From assembly GCA_012295275.1 (NCBI GenBank), contig CM022670.1:434001-498000 (forward strand): a stretch of 64,000 nt of DNA, given 5' to 3'. Both the position numbers and the translations under genes were made by a program. The notes under the pieces are model-generated. The model was not told the origin of the DNA. It was given only the letters and a program-made list of their open reading frames with translations, and made no database searches. The DNA is from Chrysomallon squamiferum. Taxonomy: Eukaryota > Animalia > Mollusca. Of this stretch, positions 43,370-58,452 are shown one piece after another. The first letter of the stretch is position 1. Each line of letters begins with the position of its first letter.

Positions 43370-44150
43370 ATTGTGGTTAGTATGTTAGAAAGTTACAGAG
43401 GGAAAAGGATTTAGTTTGTTCCAGATTATTTACTGTTGGCGTATTCGAAAGTTACTTAAGGACAACAGATGGAGGAATAAGCTATATATAACATTGTTAG
43501 TGAGTTAAAACGTTAATTAAAGAAATCATAAGTAATATGCTACAGATTACATTGTTAGTTGTTAGTAACATGCTACAGATTACATTGTTAGTGTGTTAGA
43601 AAGTTAGTTACGGACAAGACAAGTAACATGCTACAGATTACATTGTTAGTGTGTTAGAAAGGTAGAGAGAAGACAGGGTATAGCTTGTACTAAGTTGTGT
43701 TATTGTTAGAATGTTAGAGAATTAATTAAAAAAGAAGAGTGCATTTTGTACCTGACTGTGTTTGTGTTAGTGTGTTAGAAAGTCAGAGAGAAGATAGGGT
43801 GTAGTTTTTACTAACCTGTGTTATTGTTAGTTGGTTATTATTAGATAACTGGTTAGAAACAAGAGATGTTACTGTGAACTTGTTACAGTAAATTAGAAGT
43901 GGGGATGCAGTTTATGCTAGAATGCTCCATCGTTAATGTATAAGACGGTTAGTTAGTTTGAACTTTACTGTTTTTGTTAGCACGTTAGAAAGAAGAGAGG
44001 ATGTGTTTTGTATTCGACTGTGTTTTTGTTAGTATGTTAGGACAGATAAAATGCATTTAGTAATAAAATGTATTTATTTTTTATTTTTAATATATTTGAA
44101 AGAGGCACAAGATATTGTCTTAAACTGTTATTGTCAATATGTTAGAATGT
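43370..44150. repeat. Degenerate ~60-bp tandem array (ttgttagtgtgttagaaag core)
   Basis: The core recurs at roughly 60-bp spacing. Confidence 0.75.
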
Positions 44151-44373
44151 AAGAGAGAATATAAATATATATATATATATTTTTTAATTTCTCTAATGAT
44201 CTCTGTGTAAGTTAACATCAGGAATCGATCCCAGTTTGATTCGATCAAAAAGTGTAACTGAGATAAATTGCTTGTGTTCTGTGTTTAAGATAAAAGTACA
44301 TCCGAGTAGTTTTATAATATGAACAATCAACCCCAAACCCTAAAGTAAGATTACACTATAATCACTCACTCAT

Positions 44374-44688
<315 letters not shown>

Positions 44689-46312
44689 AAATCGTGAGTT
44701 TGGTATCACAAATATAATCGAAATAGGCTGCTCTAGTTATTGAGGTATTTTCTAACGTTTAATAATATTTGAAACACGTCTTTTCTGCAATGTTTTTTTT
44801 TTCTGGAAATTATTTTTTCTTCTTCTTCTTCTTTCTTTCTTTCTTAATTTTTAAATGTCGCTCTTTAAATATTATAAGAAAACATTTATTTTGTTGCTAT
44901 ACTCACAAGAATTCCTTCAATTTCTATCATTTCCGGTTTCTGTCATTTTCGATAGATCGGGACAATTGCTTTTTTGTTTTTTTTTCATTTGCAGCAAAGT
45001 GAATTTTGTGTGCACTTACTTCTCTTTTTCTACGATACGTACCAAGTAGCTCATTGTAACCGTCGTGACACAGATGTTTGGGCAGGAGATAACCAAATCC
45101 GTCACTGTTAGGAATTAGGCCTGGATCAGAAATAATTGCAATGATTTTGTTATTGCGATTACTGGAGTTTAGTGATATTTTTTTAAATATCTGTAACTGT
45201 TTTAGTATTAATTATATTATACGATAGATATGGAAATATATGAGGAGTGAGACTGTGATTCAATGATAATAACGAGTTTTAATGGTAATAAATATAATGA
45301 TGATGATCATAATAATAATAACAACCACACTGATATTTATAATTTAATGATGATAATGATGATGTTGACGATGATGATAATAATTCAAAATACTAAATAA
45401 AGTAAACAGACAAATAAATTCAATTATCAGTTCGATGACCTTCTTGCAGCGTTTTAAATCTCGGCTTTAATTTTAAAAAGTTCTGCATCTACTGACTCTA
45501 ACAAACAGGTCAATAAAACACCCATTAGACTCACTCTCGTACTTAGATTCAGTTTCATTTTATTTGCCGGCATCTTCAGCCGTCGAATAAAAAGAAAATA
45601 TTCCTTCAAACAATGCTGTTCGCTGACATCGTTTTGCATCATACTAAATCCCTCCTTTATTTAAAGAGATCCGCCGAGGCCTTTTACATGCAAATATTGG
45701 CTTTACGACTGTACTATACAGCGTGGCGTTTAAGACTCCGCCGCGTTCGTCGGTTCATATTCTCGTGGTATTAACGTGTCACTTTGCTACTTTCCACATG
45801 CAAAAGAAGGATTCCGTAAAATAATCGCTGCGTTTTACGTCGTCTTTGGAAAGAATAATACAATAAAGAGAGACTTGAAGAAGCACTTTACAGTAAACAC
45901 TCTTGTCATCTTGTTAAACTGTTAACTTGGTAGTACAGAGATATAAGTGGGAAAAGATCATAACAACAATATTACTACAACTACAACTACAACTACTACA
46001 ACAACAACTACCACTAAAACAACAACAAAATAATAACAGTAAAAATAATAATAACAACACTATGTGTAACAAAAATAAGGAAGACGACAACAACAACAAC
46101 AATAATAAAGTGATAACAATAACAATAATTATCATCATTATCATAATCATTCATCACAATCATCATCATCATCATCAGTTATTATTTCACCGACCAGCGT
46201 CATTACACCTCTTTTGCTCGTAATTATCACATTCTGGGGTATTGTGCCTGCTATTAAACACACTGTTGTTGTGTCTCACGTGTTATGTAACACGGATGTT
46301 TTCTTCTTATAG

Positions 46313-46399
46313 GATCGCGCCGTGCACTCAGTTTGGATTTACAGAACATTGCATGCTGCAGTCCGGCTTGAATCTACAAAACCAAAATAGCTCAAGCAG
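46313..46399 (+). CDS. Candidate 87-nt internal exon; only one open frame (IAPCTQFGFTEHC-MLQSGLNLQNQNSSS), possibly carrying the start codon
   Basis: Acceptor gttttcttcttatag, donor CAG|GTGAGT, length divisible by 3, and higher GC than the flanks. It could also be partly UTR. Confidence 0.55.
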
Positions 46400-46745
46400 G
46401 TGAGTTTTTGTTTTTTAAATTTTGATCTTTAATGTATACGCTAGCTAACAAATTAATAAGTATGTTTGAGGAGGAAAACAATAACACAAAACAGCGGATT
46501 ATAACAATGGAAGACGAGCTTATAAAACAGGAAATTACGTAGAGCACCAGCGCATGCGCGTAAGACTTCGTTGGCAAACAAATACTTCTTTGGTTACGGT
46601 CCTTTCTGAAAAGGTGAAGAATGATTTCATTTAAAAAAAAAAAAAAAAAAAAATTATTATTATTATTATTATTTTTTTTTTTTTTTTTTTTTTTTTGTGG
46701 AGGTTTATTCTACTGAAATTTTTTTATTAAATAATATTTAAGAAA

Positions 46746-46811
46746 TTACCAGGAATATTTTCAAATTGTTTTTAGGACTGCCTCCTAAAAAAAAGAAAAT
46801 ATTCCTGGTAA
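46746..46811. other. 66-nt hairpin: perfect 17-bp outer and 9-bp inner stems
   Basis: TTACCAGGAATATTTTC/GAAAATATTCCTGGTAA enclosing TTTTTAGGA-ctgcc-TCCTAAAAA. Confidence 0.8.
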
Positions 46812-47423
46812 ATAGTAAAATATTTAAGTTACATTCAGCAATTGCTCATTTCGCCATACCATTCTTTTGCGTGTTCTTTCAAACGTACAAATTAATTGTA
46901 AATTAATGTGTGGTCATCGTTTTAAGGTGTAGATTGTAAATCATTTTTAACATATTCCCATTGCGCAAGTACGCCTGTCGTGGTCACGATTCCTGACTTC
47001 GTGTTAGAGTTAAATCTAAGTCATGGATATATTATATGTCTATTTTTTTATTATTATTATTTTTTTTAACATATTGTTTCCTCTAAATTCTCACGTTTCT
47101 GTTTTTGTTTCATATTCCAAGTAATGATATAGAATTTACTTTGTACAAGCCGCTAATTTGTCTTGGACACCTACTGGTTTAACCACTGCTCGTGTTTTTG
47201 TAACTGTTAGGCAATACGTCCCTTGGTATTAGCAGTACAAGTAAATGAAATACTGTTACGTAAAACAGGTAGCGGTATTTGGTATTCTGTGATCAGAGCT
47301 GAAAAGATCCAACAAATCACAATTAAAGTCGATAATTACAAGTAAACACGCTGTGACGTGTGTGTTAGGTTCAGATAAACTGAATGTCACTTATTTTACC
47401 TGTTGTGTATTCTGGAGATGGGG

Positions 47424-47747
47424 AAAAACAGAAATAACAACTAAAATATTATAACACATGTCACTGTGGCCTACAAGACATAAAAGAAATATTATTTACT
47501 GACGTTATTTTTGAATCATCGTAAATCTACCCTTTGTCTAAAGAGATCCATCGAGATCTTTTAAATGCAAATATTATGTTAACAACGAAAAAACAGAAAT
47601 AATTACTAAAATATTTCACTGCATGTCGCAATGGCCCCTACAAAAGAACTATTGTTTGCTGTCGTTATTTTTGAATCATCGCAAATTCGTCCTTTATTTG
47701 AAGAGATCCATCGAGGTCTTTTAAATGTAAATATTACCTTAACAACG
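47424..47747. repeat. Diverged ~163-bp tandem duplication, with a third partial copy at about 45615-45700
   Basis: Shared blocks ttttgaatcatc, aagagatccatcgag and cttttaaatgcaaatatt. Confidence 0.85.
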
Positions 47748-47991
47748 GGATCTGTTTCTGTGTCAGTACTGCCAAATTAGAAAAACGATAACAAAAGCAT
47801 ACAACACTTGTTTAGAGGATAAATTAACAAAAAGTCATGTTTAAATATTAGCAGACGGGCATCAGTATTGAATATTTGGAGAAAGGGAAAATTAACTACA
47901 GCAGTAATCACCTGCAGAAAATATAAACATATCAGTAGTATGAACTATAAATATATAAAACTATATATACTATAAACATGCATACACACAC

Positions 47992-48027
<36 letters not shown>

Positions 48028-48483
48028 ATACATACATATATACATACATAAATAAATACAAACATACATATATACATATATATAGATAGATAGATAGATG
48101 ATAGACACACACATACACATACATAACAAAACAAAGTTCAAAGTAAATTTAGCAATAACTATCAAATAAATAGAAAGACAGACGTATAGAAAGATAGACA
48201 TATTGATAGATAAACAAACAGATAGATAAACAAATGAATAAATAAAACAGAAAAATATAGTAGAAACAATAAATCAAATTAAGAATTTAATTTTTATGTC
48301 ACTGTGATTTCTCTTCTTCTAAATCAGTGAAAATTTTAATTAATTTTTTCTTTCTTCTGCTGCACTTAACGTCAGTAACAGCGTGCGAAAAAATGTTTCA
48401 TTATATCTTTTTATTCACCGTTAATCATCATTTATTCATGATTATTTTGTTGGATCCTTTATCCATCCATCCATCCATCCATC

Positions 48484-48585
<102 letters not shown>

Positions 48586-48939
48586 CTCTCAAACACACAA
48601 CTATTAAATCAATAACTTAAAATCCAGTCTTGGAATTAAATTCATCTCTTTTCTGTCATTGCATTTTTTTACTTGACAAATTCCTATAATTTTGTTAAAT
48701 GAAGAAAAAAAAAAAAAAAAAATGTATGAGTAATTTTGGTTGACATGCAAATTTTGAGATCGTTCTGCCCACAATACAGAACAATAAAATAAAACAACAA
48801 CAAAACCTTCCAAAAATAAACTTCCTACACATACACGATACCAAGACTATCTCTAAATTCAGCACTAAGAATTTTCACCCACAATACAGAACAATAACAT
48901 ATACATGTGTGTGTCTGCGTGTTTTTATATTTATACACA

Positions 48940-48981
<42 letters not shown>

Positions 48982-50213
48982 TACACACAAACATACACAC
49001 AAACACACACACAAACATACACACAAACATACACACAAACAAACAAACATACACACAAACAAACAAACAAACATACACACAAACACACACACAAACAAAC
49101 AAACAAACACCAAGTCTGTAATAATGTTTTAGTTCGCACGTCAACCATTTTCACAAGAATAATAAACATCATGTTTTTTACTGTCTTCGAAGAGGTATAA
49201 ATATAAAAACATATCTTGCTGCTAATCTGTAAGAGTAGTCCACTGAATGTTGAAGCTAGTTTCGTTACTCGTTTTACAACTGATAAACTATAAAACCATG
49301 CATCTGAGGTATTGTTTAAATATATATAATCATTCGTTTAATTCACAAAACATCAAAGATGCAGGACAACACAGTTAGGTTAACAACGGCAAAGCGAATC
49401 ACGTGACCAGACTCACGTGTCAGTGTGAGCCTGCAGCCAGAGATTGAGTTGAACTTAAAGTGTTTTGATCCAGTATTTCTCAAACGGAAGGTGGCTGTTA
49501 CCTCGCTGGAAGGCACGTTGAAGATGGAGCTGGAGGCGTGTCTGGCAGCAGAGGTTTTCTGAATTAGACAAAGTTTAATCTGGACAGCACCAGTGATACT
49601 CCAGGATGAAAGAGCGACAGCAAACTGAAATTGTTTTTCTATCTGACCTTGGACAAATTAGATACGTGTGTCCGATGGAGAAATCTGCATTAATGTTACA
49701 AAAACGCCTTAAAATCACAGTAATCTATTATATATAGATAAATAAATTATATATTCATATGTACATACATGCATACACATACACACACACACACACACAT
49801 ATAAACATATATGAATACGTATACACATACAGAGACACAATTAAAAAGAAAGAATTAAGATAGATTTTATTATTTAAATGGATTAATAATCATCACATTA
49901 AGTATTTATTTATTTAACTTATTTATTTATTTATTTATTTATTTAACATAGTTATTTATTTATTTTTTTCTTTTATTTAATTTAAAACACATCACGATCG
50001 TCTCACTGCCATTGTCACTGGTTTTATTTATCTACTTTTATAATAGGTGCTCTTTACAGCACTTCATACAGATGACACTGAGAAAATCATGACAGTACAC
50101 GTTTTGTTACAGTTTCATTATTTATCTGTTAAATCCAGTTCTGCTGGTATTGATTGACAAAACTGCCAAATCATGATACAAACGCAGCTTCCATTATGTT
50201 AAAGAGGGCGGTG

Positions 50214-50343
50214 ACGGAATGATACAACACGGAATGATACAACACGGAATGATACAACACGAGTGTTCCCGAGGTACGGGGAATCGTCAGGTGGATCGTC
50301 ACCGGGTTCCCGGTCAGCTACTTCCTGTGATAGTCACGTGACT
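50214..50343. promoter_or_regulatory. GC-rich island: 15-bp x3 repeat, ETS core ACTTCCTG, palindromic E-box AGTCACGTGACT
   Basis: Motifs read directly. GTCACGTGAC is the USF/MiT-TFE (CLEAR) consensus. Confidence 0.45.
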
Positions 50344-51293
50344 CGTGAATGAAAAACTCAACTGTACGATTTTGTGCCTAGGGAAAGGTTCATGTAAAAA
50401 AAAGTATTGCTGCTAAATGTTAAGAGTAGTCTTTGGAATTAGATAGCTTTTTCTACCTTTACATATTTTTATTATATAATATTTATTATGCTCACACTAT
50501 AACCTTCTTATTGTACTGCATTCTAAAATCAAAAATGCATGAATACATACATACACACAAAGACATACATACACATTCGGGTATCTGTATGAAGATGTCA
50601 TCATGTGACCACCAAGGAATACCTGCACGGACACACTCTGACCATCTTACACGCACTAATCAAAACACACACGAACGTTCTGTGCGTGCAAGCACGTACA
50701 GCTTATTGATTGATTGATTGATGTTACCTGGAAATGCCTCTTAGATTAGACAATGTTTCTGTTTGCTGAAGAATTCCTTCTAAAGCGAACACAGCTCTAC
50801 ATTATATGCTAGTCCACAACCGTGTTATTCTTGTTTTGTTTGTTGATGTTATTCTTAGTTATCTGTTGTCGTCGTTGTATTGTTTTTAATGTTATTGTTG
50901 TTATTACTTTTATTATCATTATTGTTGTTATTTCTGTTGTTATTGTTATATTGTTACTGTTATTGTGTAAATATTTCAAATTTATTTGCTAGATGCAGGA
51001 AAATGCATCTCTTACTTTCTAGATTTAAAAACGTTCCAAGCAACTCTGGCCATTTGACCTGTCGATTACACATCACCCACCCACCCCACCGCATACAGGT
51101 TTCTGCGTACTGGTCTAATATATTAGATCTGTACGTTATCTGCGCTTGTTAATGTTCTTTCACTACCATTCGATAGTTTTATTTGTTTTATTTTCAACCA
51201 TAATGAAACTTGTTAACATAAACATAACGGACTATGTTTAAATTACCACTGTTCTAACGTGCTTCGTCTTGTTACATTTATTTACATTCACAG

Positions 51294-51706
<413 letters not shown>

Positions 51707-52500
51707 AAGTCTATTTTAAATTTTTGTTTTATTATAAAAGTGTTTACTTCGCTTTTATTTTATTTACTGTTTGTAACCCACGCTTACTGATTTACTAAAT
51801 TTCCTGGAAGGCGAAACATTTTATCTTTTTGTGGAACGATATTTCGACATGTTTGCTTAACCCGGTAGAACATTCGACCGTTTTCACATAATTACGTTCC
51901 TTTTTTTTCACATCGATTTCATATTTTATATCTTCGTTTTATGCCGTTGACCTCATGAGGAAAGATAAATATGGCCCCAAAAGCTCCCTAATCGAATTTA
52001 GAACAGATTTTGCTAACGTAATCACTATTTGAGCAGATGGCCCAAAAGAAATAGATTGAAATGTGGGAATGGATACGGTTTCGGATGAAGTAATAAATAT
52101 GCATGTTGATAAATTTCACCGATCAGCACATAACTGCGGCTGCTGATAACAACAACAGCAGCAGCAGCAACAATAAAAGGAAACAAATCTTATGAAGTCG
52201 ATAATAATTATAATAATGACGATAATTTTAATAAATTAACAAAAATAATAAAATAAATGAAATAAAATAAAATAAAATAAAATAAAATAAATACAACAGA
52301 AGAAAGACAGTAGAAATAATAAATCATTTATATCGTTTTGATTTCTTTTCTTTATAAATAAAAATATAAATGAATAAAAGCAGACAAACAAACAAACAAA
52401 CAAACAAACAAACAAACAAATTAATTAAAGAATTAGTAAATAAATAAATTAAATACACAAACAAAGAACCAAGCAAGTAAACACATAAACAAACAAAAAA

Positions 52501-52543
<43 letters not shown>

Positions 52544-55500
52544 AAAATAAATAAATAAAAGATCGATTTGTTCGTATCTAACCAAATACATTCGTTCTTC
52601 GCTTTCCTTTGTTTCTCTCTGTCAAAGCGTGGAGCTAATTTTACATTTAAAGCAGCAACGTGAGTCAGAGCTGCTCGACTCTGTAGTCACAATCAGTTGT
52701 AATTGCTTTAAAAAATAATACTTAAAAATCAAACTGAGGAACTTTATGACCTGTTTGAACGTGCAGTTCTCTCAGTCTTTTTTACATATTTTAAAATGTT
52801 TTCTTAGTATCTGCGTTTCGCTTTTCTAGATGTGTCTGTTAAAATATTTCTTTGTATCTACATATGTCTGTCTGTGTATGTTTCTATGTATGTGTGTATG
52901 TATGTATCTATGAATGTATCTACCTATCAGTCCATCCATCCAATCATCCACTCATCCATCCATCCGTCCATCTTTTTTTCTATCTCTCTATTTATCTCTC
53001 TCTCTATCTCACTGTCTATTATCCAATTTAACTCAGTTATATTATTTAAACAAGTAATAAATATGTCGCTCGAATGACTTGAGATAAAATCTTTATGTTT
53101 CTGGTTTTCATTCATCAATAATGAGAGATTTGTCTCTTCATCTACACTGATATTTCTACAAGTGCAAGTGTACGACAGTGTTTTCACGTTTTAATCATTG
53201 GCATCGGTCAGAAATCCCATGTATATTGTTTATTTATTTATTTATTTATTTATTTATTATTATTATTGTTATTGTTATTGTTATTATTATGATTCATTTA
53301 TTTTTGTCTGTTTATTTATTTGTTTATTTATTTATTTGGCTGTTTGTTTATTCGTTTATTTATTTATCTGTTTATTTATTTGTTTGTTTATTTTTTGTTT
53401 GTTTATTTATATATCTATGTATATTAATTAAAACATCTGTAAGTATATACATACATACACACATTAATTAATTGTTTATAGTGATTTATTTATTTACCTG
53501 TGTAATTAATTAAATAATTTATTGATTTATGTTTTCATTCTTTCAATAGATAATATTTTTTTTCTTTGTTTCTTTATCATTTCTTTATTATTTTGTTCCA
53601 TCTGTCTTTCCATTTATCGTCAGTATTTATCTACTTATTTGTTGTTTGTTTGTCCTCCTTAATTAATTCTTTCACTTACTCGTCTCTTCTTTGTTTCATT
53701 TTACACTTTTTAAAAACATCTATAAATTTCCTTTTCTACTCGATACACTGAAATGTAAGTTATGTGTGGGTATTCCTTTCACTTCAGACAAGTCGTCATT
53801 TTAAAATTCCGTCTCGAACTTTCGTAATTTGCAAATCTGAATAATCCATTGCATAATGTGAAAAGGTTTTCATTATTTTTTGTTACTTCTCCGATTGATT
53901 TTCTAGGGATGTGGAATTTATCAATATTTTTTTTTTCGGCACGAATTTGTTTCTCAGATTATCTTCTTTTTTCTTCTCCCCGCAGTCGATTCTCTTTCCT
54001 AGGATCGTACTTTTCTCAGAATTCGTCTCTGTTTTTCTGAGTGCTTTATGTAATTCCTAAACTTTATTTTTTATTTTTTTTTCAATTTATTATTATTATT
54101 TTGTAATATATGTTTTCATTGGTAATATCTGAACGTGTTTTTATTTAATATCTCTATCTACAGTTTTACATATCATATCGATCATTCAGCTTTCTGCCGT
54201 AATTCTCTATTTTAAACATCAAATTAATTACAACCACCAGAGATATGTGAAATGGACATCGTGGAATGAATGACCAGTGCAGGAAGTTTGACGCCTCGGG
54301 CCTGGTTTTAGATTTAGATATTCACCACACAACCAGTTACACTAAACTAATACAACACATTCATCACTGCTTGGCCATGATGGCTCTCCAGACTACCACC
54401 TACTTAGCTACGTAACAGCTCAGACCCTGTATATTTTGTGTGGATTGAATGTAAATACTGAGAATGATTTAAAGGATTATTTACTTTTCTTCTTCTGTTT
54501 TGTACTTAGCTGTTTTCTTGTTTGTAATCGTTTAATTAGATTCATTACTTCACGCAGACAGACTCGTTTAAACATCTCTGAGACACAGTTTACCAACCTC
54601 GGTTTTCTTGCACCACAATCACATCGCGTTCTTTAATGCGTTTTGATTAAAACTTCTAAACATTCGTATATCTTGGTTAAACACCAATTTATATATTCTT
54701 GTTAAATGGATTTATTGATTTTCGTCAGTGTGATGAAGCTTATTTCGACCATCCTCGGGGCGACTCTGGTGTATCTCGTCGATGTGATTGTTTCAAAGAC
54801 AAAAGGTCTGGTAATGGATTTAGGCTCCGTCATTTTGACAGTTAAATATTTTTGAGTCCGTTGTTGAAAATTTTCTCGCCACTGTTTCTAGCAAATTAAC
54901 GAAATTAAAGGAGGGTGGTGACTTCACTTTAGGTCGTTCACCCACAACAAACAAGCTAAGATCTGTGCGCAAGTGGTAGGTTTATGAACTGTTACAATGT
55001 AAACAACTGTTCAGACCTTACTGCATAACAGATCCATCACAATGTTAGATTCAGTAATATGTAATGATAACAAAATAACGTAGTAACAACAGCAACAATA
55101 ACAACAACAATAACAATAATTGTAATAGTATGCTATAGCTGTACTTGTTTGTTTGTTTACTTATTATTATTTTATTTTAGGAATCTTACCAAAATATACA
55201 ATTATAATTATATGAAAACACATATGTATATTAATAATAATCATGATGAAGATGATAATGATGATTATTGTTATATTACTGTTGTTAATGGTATTATTAT
55301 TATTATTATTATTATATAGTAGTAGCAGAATAGTAGTAGTAGTGATAGTAACATTATTATTATTAGCAGTAGTATTAGTATTTGTATTCAGCATCCTAAG
55401 CTACCACTCTGTAACCTAATACATTCCAGTGATGAGTAAGAAACACAGCTCAGTTTTACAACACGTGACATGAACGCGACAATGAATTTAAATAATCAAA

Positions 55501-55791
55501 CAGCTCAGCGTAGGATCGATCGGGCAACCTGTCACATCTCCCACACACTGTTTTTAATTGAGCTGTGGTTCTTTTTACGTTTGTCGTAAATAATTACGTC
55601 AAATGTCAAAAACACGTTTAAGACAGTATTCAGTTACTCAGATTGATAGGTTTAGTCACCCTGGGATTTGAACTCGAATACGCATCTGAACCAAATCTGG
55701 CATCGTTACTAGGAAACCAGACTGATCCAAATAATTGTATTTGTTTAGAATTTTATTAAAAATTTGGGCTAGTGATGTTATTTTAATTTAG

Positions 55792-55877
<86 letters not shown>

Positions 55878-55984
55878 CAGTGTAAGTTTAATTATGATCA
55901 TGTGTGATGGGTTTTTTTATGTCTGGATATTAGTTTTTTTTTTTTTTTTTTTTTTTTTTTATATTGGTAGATATCAGTACCACT

Positions 55985-56015
<31 letters not shown>

Positions 56016-56811
56016 TCACCTCAATGCCTGTTTCGTTTTACAGAGGATCAGTATTTTAAATTAGTACATTACATATAACGCTATTTCAGTTACATATTCA
56101 CCTAAAGTATCCAAGTTCAGTTTTTAAACAATGTTCTCAATGTCGGACAAATACGTAACACATTTACTCAGTTCTGAACAAAATCTCTCAGTTATTCACC
56201 GCGGATAATTATTATCCACAAATTTCAATAAAATATTGGTGATGACGTCATCATGCTCAGCTTTCACCATCACTGTTACTATGCAAACAAATACATCTAT
56301 TGTTTCGTGTCACTAAGGTATTTCGCTTTCAAGACTTTGCACTTCAGTCTTCTGTTTTCATTTTCCAATTCAGCGGTTTTATTATTGGTGGAATCTTTAT
56401 GTCCAAATGAAAATAATGATCCTGTAAAGATGATATGAACGAAATATTAAAGAATATTAAGGCAATGACAGAATCAGTTAACAATCGATGATAGTAATGT
56501 ACTGTAAATCGTTTTTATTACTTTTACATGTTTTAATGTGAGACTTCATCATCACCATCATCATCAAAGTCTTGATCATTATTAGATTAATAATTATTAT
56601 CTTCATTTCAATAATCTGATCGTGATCTTCTTCTTTTCATCATCGTCATTATTACGTTATTGTTACTGTTGTCGTCGTCATTGTTGTCAGAAATACATAT
56701 TTACGTAACAGGAAGAAAAAAGATTAAATAGTTCCATCAGATTGTTTAGGCACTGTAGTAACAGAAGAACACCAATGATACCTTTCATAATGAAACTAAT
56801 AGTAACATTAT

Positions 56812-57105
56812 TATAGTAGCAGTAGAAGTAGTAGTAGTAATAGTAGTGGTAGTAGTAGTTGTAATAGTTGTAGTAATAGTAATAGTTGTTGTAGTAAATA
56901 TAATAATTGGAGTAATGATGGTAGTAATAATAAAACTGAGTAATAATAGTAGTAGTATTATTGCAGGTAATAGGGTGATTGAACTTACATCTGAAGTAAT
57001 ATTATTAATAAAATTAGTAGTAATAGTAGCAGAAGTAGTACAAGCAGTTGTAGTATCATTAGCAGCAGTAGTAATAGCATTAATAGAAGTAGAAATAGAA
57101 GTAGT
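56812..57105. repeat. Degenerate (TAG/TAA)n low-complexity tract
   Basis: Read directly. It explains the V/I-rich and T-rich ORFs. Confidence 0.9.
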
Positions 57106-57637
57106 AAAAAAATCTAGCAACTGAAAGAAAAACTATTGTTTTATATGAAAGATATGTAGCGGGATATTTCTTACCGGTGATCTCAGAATCTTCGTACACA
57201 TTAATTTATCTTTCACATTCTGCAAACGAGATTTCTCTATCGACCACGTTGATAATTACACTGAATATTAGTGTGTTTTCTCCTCGAATCTCCCGTTCTG
57301 TTTGATACACAATATTCAGTAATAGTCTGGCTAGCTAATTTGTTTCTCTTCAAGCTGTAAAGTCTGTGTATTGATGTGTGTAAATGATATATGTTACAGA
57401 TGATACGTTCTATGGAATGCGGGGAAAAAATCACTGAAAGAGATTTAGAAAAGGAGATATTATATTTTAGCTGCGTTTCATGTTGTAAGAAGATTTCACA
57501 GAAAGATGCCAGTAAATAAAAATCACTACAAAGGAAAAATGATGATGTATAACTTTTAAACATGATGAGATATAATGTGAAGAAAAATAGCAGTTAAGTA
57601 AACATTTTTTTTCTTTTCGATTCATTATATATATGTA

Positions 57638-57721
<84 letters not shown>

Positions 57722-58421
57722 GTTAAGAGAGACAGACTGGTTGATTAAAAACACAACTTCAAGTTTGTTTTTGCTTTTCTGTCTGTTTTGTCTGAATATG
57801 GAAGGGAAGTTGCCCACCTGCCCCCTCCCCAATTCCTCTTTCTTGTTTCTTGTTTCATCAACAATTTTCATACCCAAAAATTTCATTCTACACTGGACGA
57901 CGTGTAATATTACGTCTTCTCTCTTAACTGAGCCATACTGCGCAATTAGCAGGAATCGCTGCGACATCTCTAACACGTGTTCGACTTTCACACGTCCACA
58001 TTGTTGTGTTAAACTGTTAACGCATTCACACGTCTTCTGTGTCTCACACTAGACTTTCTTTAACCGTTCTCTTTAATTAACGATCGCCAGTAAGCGTCGC
58101 TAAAACCATCAAGATATCTCCAAGAGGACCTGCCCAGGTATGATGTTCAGAGTGTGGTATTTGACATCTGTGTTAACGAGAGTCCTCAGACACAGGATCT
58201 GTCACACGAGAGCAGTAATTGGCCTGTTAGTGAACTACGTCGTGTGTGAATCACAGAGTGCTGTGAACTGAGCTTGTTATTCCAACGTGTTGACTCAATA
58301 AACCAGGAATTAAATGAATACACTTGTGAAATTAACAACAATCTCGTAAGCAGTCTTAACATTTTGTTGAGTTAGCACACAGTATGAGAAATAGGGTGTG
58401 GCATATTCGTCAAAGCTGCTT

Positions 58422-58452
<31 letters not shown>

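Noticed and set aside
46588-46598. TCTTTGGTTA matching the start of miR-9
   Set aside because: The match ends after 10 nt and there is no hairpin.
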